A stretch of 64,000 nt of DNA from Candidatus Woesebacteria bacterium. GTDB taxonomy: Bacteria > Patescibacteriota > Microgenomatia > UBA1400 > MFAQ01. The notes beneath the pieces were generated by a model. That model saw only the letters and a list, made by a program, of their open reading frames with translations. It had not been told where the DNA came from and did no database searches. Numbering within the stretch: position 1 is the stretch's first letter; every line of letters starts with the position of its first letter. The stretch covers positions 65,006-129,005 of the forward strand of contig DAOORK010000001.1 in assembly GCA_035389185.1 (NCBI GenBank), read 5' to 3'. This document shows positions 40,944 through 50,482 of this stretch, one piece after another. Both the position numbers and the translations under genes were made by a program.

Positions 40944-41357
40944 ATGAAAAAAAATGCCTTTACCCTACTCGAGTTATTAGTAGTCATTGGTATTATCGGA
41001 ATACTAGTAGCTTTGGCGACAGTGTCGTATAGTGCAACCCAATCATCCGGTCGTGATTCAAGACGGAAACAGGACTTGGTCTCGATTCAGAATGCCCTCG
41101 AACAGTATTACTCGGAAAATCAGTTTTCTTACCCTGACAATGCTTGTACATCTAGTAATACTTTATTGACAAAGTATCTTAAGAGTTCATGGCCGGTTGA
41201 TCCGCAAACAAACACAACCTATACGGCTTCTACCTGTGAGACAACGGGGTACTGTGTTTGTGCAACAATGGAGAAAAGCGGTTCAGGAAATTCGGGTGCC
41301 AGTTGTGATTGGAATAACGAGACTAAGGGATATTATTGTGTGGCAAACTTACAATGA
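40944..41357 (+). CDS. Type IV pilin/GspG-like pseudopilin
   Basis: A|FTLLELL, RDSRRKQDL, PVDP. Confidence 0.9.
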   Translation: MKKNAFTLLELLVVIGIIGILVALATVSYSATQSSGRDSRRKQDLVSIQNALEQYYSENQFSYPDNACTSSNTLLTKYLKSSWPVDPQTNTTYTASTCETTGYCVCATMEKSGSGNSGASCDWNNETKGYYCVANLQ

Positions 41358-41755
41358 AAAAACGCAATGGTTTTACTTTTGTTGAACTTCTAGTCGTTAT
41401 TACGATAATTGCCGTTATTTTCGCGGCCGGTGTGGTGTCCTACTCCGCGATTGCCAAGAACTCCAGAGATGCAAGAAGAAGGGCGGATTTGGAGGCCATT
41501 AGACAAGCCTTGGAGATGTGTCGTTCTATTGCCGGTGAGTATCCGCTACTGATTTATCAAAGTGGTAGTACAGGCACAATAACCTGTTCCGATTCAAATG
41601 CTACCGTTACGATGTCCTCTACCCCTGTTGATCCAAGACCTTGCGACGCTGCTACGGACGGAAAATATGCATATACAACAGATGGAAGCAGTTATACATT
41701 GACCGCGACTTGTATGGAAGACACCTCTTTGACTAAAACGGTGACAAATCCATGA
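41354..41755 (+). CDS. Type IV pilin/GspG-like pseudopilin
   Basis: G|FTFVELL, RDARRRADL, PVDP; ATG 41354. Confidence 0.9.
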   Translation: MKKRNGFTFVELLVVITIIAVIFAAGVVSYSAIAKNSRDARRRADLEAIRQALEMCRSIAGEYPLLIYQSGSTGTITCSDSNATVTMSSTPVDPRPCDAATDGKYAYTTDGSSYTLTATCMEDTSLTKTVTNP

Positions 41756-42258
41756 AAAAAAAAGAGTTGATACTGGGCGCTTTTTCGCTAATTGAGCTGA
41801 TGGTTACGATCTCAATTATTATTGTTTTGTCGGGGACGGTAATTGCGGGATATTTTCGATTTTCCCAAAGACAGGCGGCAATGAATGATGCCAGAAGTTT
41901 GATGAGCCAGATGAAGAAGATCCAGTCTCTAGCTCAAAACTTGGTTTATCCTGACGGTTGTGGAGGTCTGCAAAATTATAAACTTTCTCCTGTCTGTACT
42001 GGAGTTGACTGTCGTTCTGTAAGGGTTGTGGCAACTTGTGTGAGCGGGGGGGACGCTAACGGAGAAATTGTAATTACGGAAAGTGAGGAAGTTCTGGGAA
42101 AGGCCTATTTTACTGATCAGACAGGAACTTATACTTTTTCTGCGGGAACGGGGGTAATCTCTCCGGTGGGTTCTTTGGAAATATCCTATTTGAATAGCCC
42201 CTATCAGTTTGGCGTGGAGATATACGAAAACGGTAATATTGCTGTAGTTGAAAAATGA
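41752..42258 (+). CDS. Minor pilin (FimT/GspH-like)
   Basis: A|FSLIELM. Confidence 0.85.
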   Translation: MKKKELILGAFSLIELMVTISIIIVLSGTVIAGYFRFSQRQAAMNDARSLMSQMKKIQSLAQNLVYPDGCGGLQNYKLSPVCTGVDCRSVRVVATCVSGGDANGEIVITESEEVLGKAYFTDQTGTYTFSAGTGVISPVGSLEISYLNSPYQFGVEIYENGNIAVVEK

Positions 42259-42686
42259 AAATAAAAACGATTAACCATGGACAAACATTAATTGAGATTG
42301 TAGTGGCTGTCGGAATTATCTCTCTTGTCTTAGTAGGAGTATCAGACATCGTGTCTCGGTCTTTGAGTATGTTGAGTTACCAAAAAGATAGAAGCGGGGC
42401 GGTTAACCTAGCTCAAAAACAGATTAATTATTATCGCGGAGAGCGAGATAAAGCACCAATAACTTTTTTTAATAATCTAGATAGTTTTCAAGTATGTCAG
42501 GGCACGATTGACGAAGATGGAAAATTTGACGGAAAATATAACTGTGTTATTTCCTATCATGATTTGGGAGATGTAGTGGATATGACGGTGACGGTAATCT
42601 GGAACGGGGGTAAAAAGGATGCAGATGGTCAGGAGGTGACAATGAAAGTCGAGTTATCACAAGACTTAGCAAAACCCACAAGATGA
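42255..42686 (+). CDS. Minor pilin (PilV-like)
   Basis: G|QTLIEIV, VTVIW. Confidence 0.85.
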   Translation: MKIKTINHGQTLIEIVVAVGIISLVLVGVSDIVSRSLSMLSYQKDRSGAVNLAQKQINYYRGERDKAPITFFNNLDSFQVCQGTIDEDGKFDGKYNCVISYHDLGDVVDMTVTVIWNGGKKDADGQEVTMKVELSQDLAKPTR

Positions 42687-43225
42687 AACAACACAAAGGA
42701 TACACACTTTTTGAGTTGGTAGTAACGGTTTCTCTTCTAGTAATCGTTTTATTGGGAGGAACAACAATTTTCTTCAGAAGCTTTCGATCAAGCGGTGTCA
42801 GTGACATTCAATCAACAGTAAATAGCGGTTTGCGTGCGGTGGCAGAAATGATTGAAAGAACATTGCGTTACGGCACGGTGATGAGAGTCATTGATAGTGA
42901 TGGTGTACAAAAAACCAGAGAAGACTGTATCTTGGCTGCAAAGAACAATGAAGGTGTAGTTGGCTATTCTTTAGTTGTAAAGGACAGTGTTGGAGGTACG
43001 GCAATATATTCTTTATCTGATGGTGTAGTGTCTTCAAATTCCGGAGTAGTAATCAGCAGTCCGGATGTTTACGTCACAAAGATGCAGTTTACCTGGTACT
43101 GTCGTTCTGGGGTAAATGATAGAATTAATTTGCTTGTTGAAGCTACTTCGAGTGCCACGTCTGGTGAGGGGTATTCCGGAGAGCTGGCAAGAGACATTAA
43201 TTTATTGAATAGCGGTATTTATTGA
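42683..43225 (+). CDS. Minor pilin (PilW/GspJ-like)
   Basis: G|YTLFELV. Confidence 0.85.
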   Translation: MKQHKGYTLFELVVTVSLLVIVLLGGTTIFFRSFRSSGVSDIQSTVNSGLRAVAEMIERTLRYGTVMRVIDSDGVQKTREDCILAAKNNEGVVGYSLVVKDSVGGTAIYSLSDGVVSSNSGVVISSPDVYVTKMQFTWYCRSGVNDRINLLVEATSSATSGEGYSGELARDINLLNSGIY

Positions 43226-44016
43226 TGAAGTATCGAGCACAAAAGGGTATCCATCGTGGTCAGGTTGCTTTGGTGATGGTTTTGATTATGACAGTTCTTA
43301 GTGCTTTGGCTGTGTCGTTGGCTTCAAGGTCCACCATCGATACAAGAGTTCAGCAAACCGAAACTGAGAGTGTACAGGCATTAATTGCGGCTCAAACTGG
43401 ACTGGAACAGCTTATTATGTCTACCGACACAAATGTTTCGACGGATACTTATGTGGCAAACAAAACTACTTCTGGTTCGGAAAGTTTGGACATTGGTCGA
43501 GTTGAGTCGGGCGGTACGGTTGAACTCAGTTTGGCTGATGCTGATTTTAGTACCTTGACCGGATTTGCAGTTTACTGGAGTCCTGAAAAAAGTGATCCTT
43601 CAGGAACACCTTCTGTTTTTATTTCGGTTGTTCGTAATAATAGCGGTACTGTGTCATTGAGTGATTATGCTTATGCTTACACAGAAGAAAATGGGTTTAC
43701 ACTAGCTCAGAGCGGTTCTGAGGAGGGTTACGATAAGAGATCCGGGGATGTTTCATCGGACACGATTGCGGTCAACAGTAGCGTGGTCGGAATTCGAATT
43801 ACCGTTTATGGCAGTCCGGCTTTAGTGAAAGTTTTCCCTCGTGGTTCTGATGGAGCAGAGTTTCCTCCTCAACTCAAGTCGATAAGGTCGGTCGGATCAA
43901 TTGAGTCCGGTGATAAAACAGTAAAATATGGTCTTCAATATGAAGAGTCCGAAAATGATACGGTCCCAGGTATATTCGATTATGTTTTGTTTTCCGGAGG
44001 GTCGTTGATACAGTAG
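43222..44016 (+). CDS. Minor pilin (PilX-like)
   Basis: G|QVALVMV (no Glu5), A..AA.TGLE, IRSVG, FDYVLFSG. Confidence 0.82.
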   Translation: MMKYRAQKGIHRGQVALVMVLIMTVLSALAVSLASRSTIDTRVQQTETESVQALIAAQTGLEQLIMSTDTNVSTDTYVANKTTSGSESLDIGRVESGGTVELSLADADFSTLTGFAVYWSPEKSDPSGTPSVFISVVRNNSGTVSLSDYAYAYTEENGFTLAQSGSEEGYDKRSGDVSSDTIAVNSSVVGIRITVYGSPALVKVFPRGSDGAEFPPQLKSIRSVGSIESGDKTVKYGLQYEESENDTVPGIFDYVLFSGGSLIQ

Positions 44017-44060
44017 ATATCTGTATTTTGGGTATGGAGATGAGTTATACTGAAATAAGT

Positions 44061-45074
44061 ATGGCTGCCCATTTTGGTTTGGATATTGGATCCACAAGTA
44101 TTAAGATTTTGAAATCTGACGGAAAGAAAATTTCTGGTGTTTCTATTGTCCAGAATAATGCCGGAAAAAGTTTGTTGGCAATGTCAAATGCCGAAAAGAT
44201 AGCTTTGGTAGATCAAATAAAGACATTGGTCAAGTCATCGGGTATTCGAGGTCGTCAAGTGGTAGCATCGATTCCTGAGTCGTTAGTTTACTCAAAAGTC
44301 ATGCAGTTTCCGATCATGTCGACTCCTGAGTTGGCAACAGCAATTAAATGGGAGCTTGATCAGTCGGTCCCCTTTCCCCCAAATGAGGTAGAAATGTCTT
44401 GGGTCGTGTTGGATAGACCGGATAAAGTACGCGGTGATGAAAAGATTTTGGTTTACGTTGTGGCTGTACCTACAAACGTGTCTGATGCCTACGTACAACT
44501 TTTGGAGCTTATTGGACTTGAGCCGTTGAGACTAGAAAATGAAACACCGTCATTATTAAGAGCATTCGCTTCTTCTTTAAACGACGCTACTCCTTCAATG
44601 ATTGTGGATATGGGTGCCAGTGGAACAGGTATTATTTTGGCAGGTAAAGAAAAAATCTTTAGTAACTTCTATTTACCTTTTGGCGGTGAAGTAATGACTA
44701 AGCTTATTTCCGACGCTTTCGGTATGCCGATTGATCAGGCGGAAACCTATAAACGAACCTATGGAATCGATCAGAACCAGCTAGAAGGAAAGGTTTTTAA
44801 AGTCTTAAAACCAGCGATTGATAATATTGTCGGTGAGATAAAAAAGATGGCCGTTTCTTATCAAAATGATCATTCCGGATCGATTGTTTCTCGGGTGATA
44901 CTGACGGGAGGAGGAGCTTATCTTTTGGGATTATTGCCGTATTTGTCGGCTTCTTTAGAGGGGTTTGAAGTGGTGATTGGCGATACTTTTTCAGGGTTAA
45001 ACGTTGAACAAAAATATAAAACCCTTGGCCCGATATTTGCAATCGCCTATGGATTATCGAGTGACCTGTCATGA
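44061..45074 (+). CDS. pilM: Type IV pilus assembly protein PilM
   Basis: GLDIGSTSIK, VDMGASGT, ILTGGGA, AIAYGLS (FtsA-like fold). Confidence 0.92.
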   Translation: MAAHFGLDIGSTSIKILKSDGKKISGVSIVQNNAGKSLLAMSNAEKIALVDQIKTLVKSSGIRGRQVVASIPESLVYSKVMQFPIMSTPELATAIKWELDQSVPFPPNEVEMSWVVLDRPDKVRGDEKILVYVVAVPTNVSDAYVQLLELIGLEPLRLENETPSLLRAFASSLNDATPSMIVDMGASGTGIILAGKEKIFSNFYLPFGGEVMTKLISDAFGMPIDQAETYKRTYGIDQNQLEGKVFKVLKPAIDNIVGEIKKMAVSYQNDHSGSIVSRVILTGGGAYLLGLLPYLSASLEGFEVVIGDTFSGLNVEQKYKTLGPIFAIAYGLSSDLS

Positions 45075-45634
45075 TTAAAGTAAATCTTATTAGTAAGAAA
45101 AGACGCTCTCTTAAAGGTGAGAACTGGACACGTTTGATCGTGAATATCCTGTTTGGTTTGTTTTCGGCGTATTTTTTGGGGATTACTCTATATGTGGTGA
45201 TTTCGATGTTGGTTTTGAACAACAAGATTAAAAATACTCAAAATGAGGCACAAGAAATCTCATCGATGATGCTGAAGAATAACGAAAAATTAAGTCGCTT
45301 TGTGCTGACAAAACTGATTCTGACTCAGATTGAGAGTTCAAACAAGGGACGTTTTAAGTATAAAGAGTATCTTGATGGAGCGTCAGCATTATTGCCGGTA
45401 AACGCGTCGATATCAGGTGTTGATTTTTCCGTTAAAGGTTGGATGTCTGTTGCTGTGACTTCAAAAGATGTTTTGCTACTTAGATCTTTGGAAAATGTGT
45501 TGATTAACGAAGGCACTTGGAAAGATAATCGGTATTTTTCAAGTGCTTATGTTGAAAGTGTTACTCGAGATAAAAGCGGTGTGTATTACGCAAGATTACA
45601 ACTTGAACTAAAACAGATAAATGGCACAAAATAA
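45071..45634 (+). CDS. PilN-like protein
   Basis: VNLI motif, TM, coiled coil; follows pilM. Confidence 0.75.
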   Translation: MIKVNLISKKRRSLKGENWTRLIVNILFGLFSAYFLGITLYVVISMLVLNNKIKNTQNEAQEISSMMLKNNEKLSRFVLTKLILTQIESSNKGRFKYKEYLDGASALLPVNASISGVDFSVKGWMSVAVTSKDVLLLRSLENVLINEGTWKDNRYFSSAYVESVTRDKSGVYYARLQLELKQINGTK

Positions 45635-46415
45635 AATAGTTGGCTATAAAAATATTTTTGGATTCGTTTTGCCCGACTGGGTAGATGAGTCTCTGATTAG
45701 AATGATCGTAACGGTACTGATGTTGAGTGTGGTGATGCTTTTTGTTTTGTTTTTTGTAGTATGGCCAAAACTGGATAGTGTTGAAGAACTAAGGTCCACT
45801 TTAAAAGAGGAAACAGCTAGTTTGAGCTTATTAAAGAGTTCACAAGAAGGATTTAATAAACTAAACGAACAGATACCGGAGAATCTACAAGAAATGGTGT
45901 TGTCAGCTATTCCGCAAACATATTCACCTGAGAAAGCCATTTTTCTTTTAAGACGGATTGCAAATGATACGGGAGTTTCGATTACTTCGTATAAGTTACC
46001 GTCAGGGGTGGTTTTTAGCACTGACGAATCTAAACAAGGTACCGGAGGAGAAACTATGGTCGATTTTGCCAATTTCCCAATCAGAATTTCCGTTTCTGCC
46101 CCGGTAAACTCTTTACTTTTGTTTATTGACAAAATTGAAAGTTCTTTGCCATATGGGGTTGTTTCCGATCTTAATATGCAGGAGGTGACAAAGTTGGTTA
46201 GAACATCAGCCGGATCGGTTAATATGGATCTGGAAATAAAGTATTTCCAGTCAACCTTAAAAAAGGTTGATATTACAAAAATTGGCTCATTTACGGGAAC
46301 GGACTTAGATATGGTAAAACAGATGGCTACCTTTTCCCGATACAATCTTGATTCTGACTTAGGGAACATGGGACAAGGGTCGGTAACCACGACGACAAAT
46401 ATCTTCGGCTTTTAA
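45621..46415 (+). CDS. PilO-like protein
   Basis: TM, coiled coil, AIP, FIDKIE; follows the PilN-like gene. Confidence 0.75.
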   Translation: MAQNKIVGYKNIFGFVLPDWVDESLIRMIVTVLMLSVVMLFVLFFVVWPKLDSVEELRSTLKEETASLSLLKSSQEGFNKLNEQIPENLQEMVLSAIPQTYSPEKAIFLLRRIANDTGVSITSYKLPSGVVFSTDESKQGTGGETMVDFANFPIRISVSAPVNSLLLFIDKIESSLPYGVVSDLNMQEVTKLVRTSAGSVNMDLEIKYFQSTLKKVDITKIGSFTGTDLDMVKQMATFSRYNLDSDLGNMGQGSVTTTTNIFGF

Positions 46416-46443
46416 CAAAAAACCCTCTAATTGAGGGCTTTTT
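46416..46443. terminator. Bidirectional terminator
   Basis: AAAAAACCCTC-TAATT-GAGGGCTTTTT between convergent genes. Confidence 0.75.
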
Positions 46444-46462
46444 GTTTGTTATTTTGCATTCT

Positions 46463-46870
46463 TTATTCTGCTTCCTCGTCTTTCTTTTCTTCAGCCAATT
46501 CTTCAGTTTCCTTTACTGGCTCTTCTTCTTTGGCTTCTTCGACGACTTCGGCAACTTCTTCCAAAGCCTCTTCTTTTTCTTCGACCAAATCTTCAGTTTC
46601 CTTTACTGGCTCTTCTTCTTTGGCTTCGATTCCATCTTCCAGAAGATCAACGATGGCTCGAGTGCCCTTTTGGATGGCGGCAATTCGAACTATTTGACGA
46701 ATAGATTTTATGACCTTGCCTTGTTTTCCAATGACACGTCCGACATCTTCAGGATCTACCTTAATAAGGTACTTGGTAGCTTCTTTGTCTTCGGTTTGCT
46801 CTTCTGAAATAACGACACTTTCAGGGTGGTTAACGATGTTGCTAACGATGTACTCGATTAGTTGTTTCAT
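46463..46870 (-). CDS. khpA: KH-domain RNA-binding protein KhpA with acidic repeat tail
   Basis: IV.HPE.V, DVGRVIGKQGK; downstream of rpsP. Confidence 0.9.
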   Translation of the reverse strand: MKQLIEYIVSNIVNHPESVVISEEQTEDKEATKYLIKVDPEDVGRVIGKQGKVIKSIRQIVRIAAIQKGTRAIVDLLEDGIEAKEEEPVKETEDLVEEKEEALEEVAEVVEEAKEEEPVKETEELAEEKKDEEAE

Positions 46871-46871
46871 T

Positions 46872-47096
46872 TTATTTAACTAATTTTCTAATGGTGTCTG
46901 TTGGCTGAGCTCCTTTAGTTAGCCATAATTGATAATTTTCTTTATTTATTTCTAATTTGTTTTCCGGATCGTGAGGATTGTAAGTACCCAAGGTATCAAT
47001 TACCTTTCCGGTGAGTTTGGATTTCTCTTCAGCGACGACAATACGATAGAATCGTTGGTGTTTTTTACCAGTCGGTTGTAGTTTGATTTTTAGCAT
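46872..47096 (-). CDS. rpsP: 30S ribosomal protein S16
   Basis: MLKIKL, FYRIVVA, LGTYNP, GAQPT. Confidence 0.95.
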   Translation of the reverse strand: MLKIKLQPTGKKHQRFYRIVVAEEKSKLTGKVIDTLGTYNPHDPENKLEINKENYQLWLTKGAQPTDTIRKLVK

Positions 47097-47103
47097 AGCG
47101 ATA

Positions 47104-47787
47104 TTATATCAGTTCCAGGGCTCTTTTAGCAGCGTTCTGCTCGGCCTCCTGTTTGTTTTTACCTACTCCCGTGGCCGTTTCTTTGTTGTTAATATTGACG
47201 GTTACTTCAAATGTTTTGTCATGATCTGGGCCAATTTCGTTGATCGTCCGATATGATGGAGAGGTAAAACCAAGACCTTGAACTTTTTCTTGGAGCAGAG
47301 ATTTAGCATCTTTGAGTTGGTCTTCGGAGATGATTTCCTTGACGTTGGGAATAATAAATTTTTCGAAAAATAATTTAGCAATTTCTATTCCCCCGTCACA
47401 GAAGAGGGCACCAATTAGACTTTCAATCACATCTTCTAGAATAGAGTTGTTTTGTCTTCCTCCAGTGGCCTCTTCGCCTTTACTCATAATGATGTATTCG
47501 TTGATGCCGTTCTCGATATTGATTCGAGAGAGAGACTCGGTACGAACACTGGCTGATCTAGCAGCTGTAAGATACCCTTCTTGTTTGTCAGGGTATTTGT
47601 TGTAAAGGTAGACGGAGATAAGCATTTCCAGAACGGCATCACCTAGGAATTCGAGTCTTTCATAACTTTCGGAGATTCCTGGTTCGTTTAGACACGAACG
47701 ATGAGTTAAGGCAGCAATCAAAAATGATTCATTTTTGAAGGAGTAACCTATTTTTTCTTGGAGAGGTTTAAGATTTGGGAGTTTCAT
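47104..47787 (-). CDS. rnc: Ribonuclease III
   Basis: ALTHRS, ERLEFLGDAVL, dsRBD (GPDH, AEQNAA). Confidence 0.97.
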   Translation of the reverse strand: MKLPNLKPLQEKIGYSFKNESFLIAALTHRSCLNEPGISESYERLEFLGDAVLEMLISVYLYNKYPDKQEGYLTAARSASVRTESLSRINIENGINEYIIMSKGEEATGGRQNNSILEDVIESLIGALFCDGGIEIAKLFFEKFIIPNVKEIISEDQLKDAKSLLQEKVQGLGFTSPSYRTINEIGPDHDKTFEVTVNINNKETATGVGKNKQEAEQNAAKRALELI

Positions 47788-48157
47788 TTTCGGTGTCTGG
47801 TCTTCCGGAGAGCTTGATGGCCGATGCTAAGGCGCCGTTAACGAAACTAGAGCTCGTTTTACCTCCATAACGTTTAGCGATTTCGACAGCTTCATCAATA
47901 ATGACTTTGGTAGGTGTTTCTGTCTTGTATATAAGTTCGTAAACAGCCTGTCGGAGAACTGCGAGGTCAACACGATTTATTTGAGAAATTGGCCACTCCG
48001 GAGCACATTTTTGGACAATGTCATCAATTTTTTCGATGTTGGCCAAAACTTTGTCTACTCTTGAAGGTCGTTCCTCTTGAGGAGTGAACATTCCGGCAAA
48101 AAGAGACTTAAAAACAGCAATTCTTTTTAAGTGTCTTGGATCTTGGGCAGATTTCAC
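47768..48157 (-). CDS. nusB: Transcription antitermination factor NusB
   Basis: VDLAVLR, IIDEAVEIAK, FVNGAL. Confidence 0.93.
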   Translation of the reverse strand: MKSAQDPRHLKRIAVFKSLFAGMFTPQEERPSRVDKVLANIEKIDDIVQKCAPEWPISQINRVDLAVLRQAVYELIYKTETPTKVIIDEAVEIAKRYGGKTSSSFVNGALASAIKLSGRPDTENETPKS

Positions 48158-48163
48158 GGTTTT

Positions 48164-48316
48164 TTATTTTGCTTTACAAATTGGACAGGCAAAGTGAGAT
48201 TTTTTGAGGTTGCCACACTTTTTGCAGGTGATCATTTTGGGTTCAATCAAGTGGATCTGAGAACGTCTAGCTCCTTGTCTTCTTGTTGAATGTTTTCTTT
48301 TGGGTGTTGCGGCCAT
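48164..48316 (-). CDS. rpmF: 50S ribosomal protein L32 (not in ORF track)
   Basis: MAATPKRKHSTRR...CKKCG...HFACPIC, 50 aa. Confidence 0.92.
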   Translation of the reverse strand: MAATPKRKHSTRRQGARRSQIHLIEPKMITCKKCGNLKKSHFACPICKAK

Positions 48317-48349
48317 GATGTATTAGTTTTAATGGATAACAAGTGTATT

Positions 48350-50338
48350 TTAGCAAGTACTCAGTTTAGTAGCAATCTCTTCTGCCTGAGCAATGTTGGA
48401 TTTGACGAGAGATGAGGCTAGTTTCTTGGCTTCAAGAAATAGTTTTTTGGACCAAAAATATTTTAAACTGGTGGGAAGAGATCCGTGTTGCTTAAAACCA
48501 AAGACTTCCCCTGCACCCCTGAGGCGAAGATCTTTTTGGGCAAGAGTGAGACCGGAATGATATTTTTGGAGCAGTTGGAGGCGTTCGGTTTCTTCCTCGT
48601 CATCGGTACTGGGTACTAGGAAACAAAACCCTTGACCTTCTCCCCTACCGACACGTCCTCGAAGCTGATGAAGAGTAGCCAAACCAAATCTTTCTGCCGA
48701 ATGGACAATCATAACGTTAGCGTTCGGGATATCGATACCGACTTCAATTAAAGTGGTGGCAACAAGAACCCCCTTTTCGGAGTTTTTAAAATCGGCCAGT
48801 ACTTTGTTTTGATCGTTGACCTTCATTTTGCCGTGAACAACATAGACCGGATACTGAGGTGGAGTGATACGACGATAAAAAGCAGATATTTTTTCAACCG
48901 AAGCTGTATTGGTATCGTGTTCGGTGATGTTGGGACAAACTACAAATATTTGATTGCCTTCGTTTAGTTTTTGGGCTAACCATTCGGGACTTTTTTTAAA
49001 GTGTGTCGGCGTGGTGACAAATGTTTTTGTAGGCAGGCGATTTAGGGGTTTGTGGATGATACTACTGATTTCGATGTCTCCCAGTAAACCTAAGGCTACA
49101 GTACGAGGTATGGGCGTGGCGGATAGATTGACAAGATGTGGAACAGGAGTGCGCCTCAATAGCTCATCTCTTTGTTTGACACCAAATTTATGCTGCTCGT
49201 CAATGGCCACAAAAGCGAGAGGTGTCTTTAGTGTGGCTGGAATAGCGGAGATTAGGGCGTGTGTACCGATATAAATTGATGGTTTTGAGATATCGATTTT
49301 GTTTCCTGAACTGCCGGTGATTAATTGAATATTGTCGGGAAAGAGTGAGTATTTTTTAAAAGTTTGGTAGTGTTGATTGGCAAGAATTTCGGTCGGAGCC
49401 ATAATGGCACAGCTTTTGTTTTGGGCGATACACTGATTGGCCGCAAATAGTAAGGTGGCAGTTTTTCCCGAACCGGTATCACCTTGAATAAGCCGATGAG
49501 TAAAAGTATCCTGACGAAGATCATGATAGAGTGAGGTGATGGTTTTTTCTTGATCTTTGGTTAGAGTAAACGGTAAACAGGACGAAGTTTCTTGAGTTAT
49601 TTTTGATGAGATACAAAGAGAAACGGATTTTCCAAGATTGTGAAGTTCCAACTGATTTTTAATATTTATCGAGAGATGTTCATTAAAAGAGAGTCTTTTG
49701 TCGGCAAGAAGCTGGTTGTTTTTTGATTTGGGAAAATGGATTTCTTGATATGCCTGATATAGATCTATAAGATCCAGACGTTGAATCAGATCTTGATCTA
49801 GAGGATCGTTGAGGGAGAGAGATGGTAGTATTTCGTAGATTTTTGATCTTAACCATCGTGATGTAATGCCCGCAGTTTGAGGAAATACCGGTACAAGCCC
49901 TCTGGTGTTAATGGAGGGTTTGTGGCCAGACTCAACTACGGGAGAAATAATTGTTTTTCCCTGAGCCCCCCAAAACGAAGTTTTTCCGGCGATGGTGTAG
50001 ATATCCCCACCTTTGATCACACGTTTGATGTATGGGTTGTTGAACCAGGTAAGGACAATTTTCCCCGAACTATCCTCGGCTGTTGATTGACAGATAAGCC
50101 GGCCATTTTTGGTATAGAAAACTTTTGGTTCAGTAAGCTTGGCCGTAAAAGTCTGAGTCTGCCCAATTCTAAGTTCATTAATCGGTACGGGATTGGAAAA
50201 ATCTAGATAGCGACTGGGAAAATGATGAAGAAGATCTCGGATTGTCTCAATACCCAGTTTGTTGAGTTTGGCGGAGATGGAAGGTCCTATTCCCCTGACT
50301 GCGGTGATTGGGTCGTCTGGGAAGTAGGCAGTGCTCAT
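48350..50338 (-). CDS. recG: ATP-dependent DNA helicase RecG
   Basis: QGDTGSGKT, DEQHKFG, SATPIPRT, QLRGRVGR, DLRLRGAG; ATG 50338. Confidence 0.95.
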   Translation of the reverse strand: MSTAYFPDDPITAVRGIGPSISAKLNKLGIETIRDLLHHFPSRYLDFSNPVPINELRIGQTQTFTAKLTEPKVFYTKNGRLICQSTAEDSSGKIVLTWFNNPYIKRVIKGGDIYTIAGKTSFWGAQGKTIISPVVESGHKPSINTRGLVPVFPQTAGITSRWLRSKIYEILPSLSLNDPLDQDLIQRLDLIDLYQAYQEIHFPKSKNNQLLADKRLSFNEHLSINIKNQLELHNLGKSVSLCISSKITQETSSCLPFTLTKDQEKTITSLYHDLRQDTFTHRLIQGDTGSGKTATLLFAANQCIAQNKSCAIMAPTEILANQHYQTFKKYSLFPDNIQLITGSSGNKIDISKPSIYIGTHALISAIPATLKTPLAFVAIDEQHKFGVKQRDELLRRTPVPHLVNLSATPIPRTVALGLLGDIEISSIIHKPLNRLPTKTFVTTPTHFKKSPEWLAQKLNEGNQIFVVCPNITEHDTNTASVEKISAFYRRITPPQYPVYVVHGKMKVNDQNKVLADFKNSEKGVLVATTLIEVGIDIPNANVMIVHSAERFGLATLHQLRGRVGRGEGQGFCFLVPSTDDEEETERLQLLQKYHSGLTLAQKDLRLRGAGEVFGFKQHGSLPTSLKYFWSKKLFLEAKKLASSLVKSNIAQAEEIATKLSTC

Positions 50339-50482
50339 ATGTAGAAGAATATGGAGGCGAAAGTGGTTAGAACAAGAACGAGTGAGCCTGCGAAAATGAT
50401 CATGGTGTAGATTTTCTTTTGTCTTTTGGTCATAGTTTGTTTGTGCGTATACGTTTATTATATTATTATTAGAGGAGAACAT

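Noticed and set aside
45644-46390. 248-aa minus-strand ORF (and similar antisense ORFs such as 32305-32820)
   Set aside because: Fully antisense to well-supported genes, with no motifs or expression signals.
46431-46807. Ser- and Phe-rich plus-strand ORFs
   Set aside because: Low-complexity mirror of the Glu/Lys-rich khpA tail.
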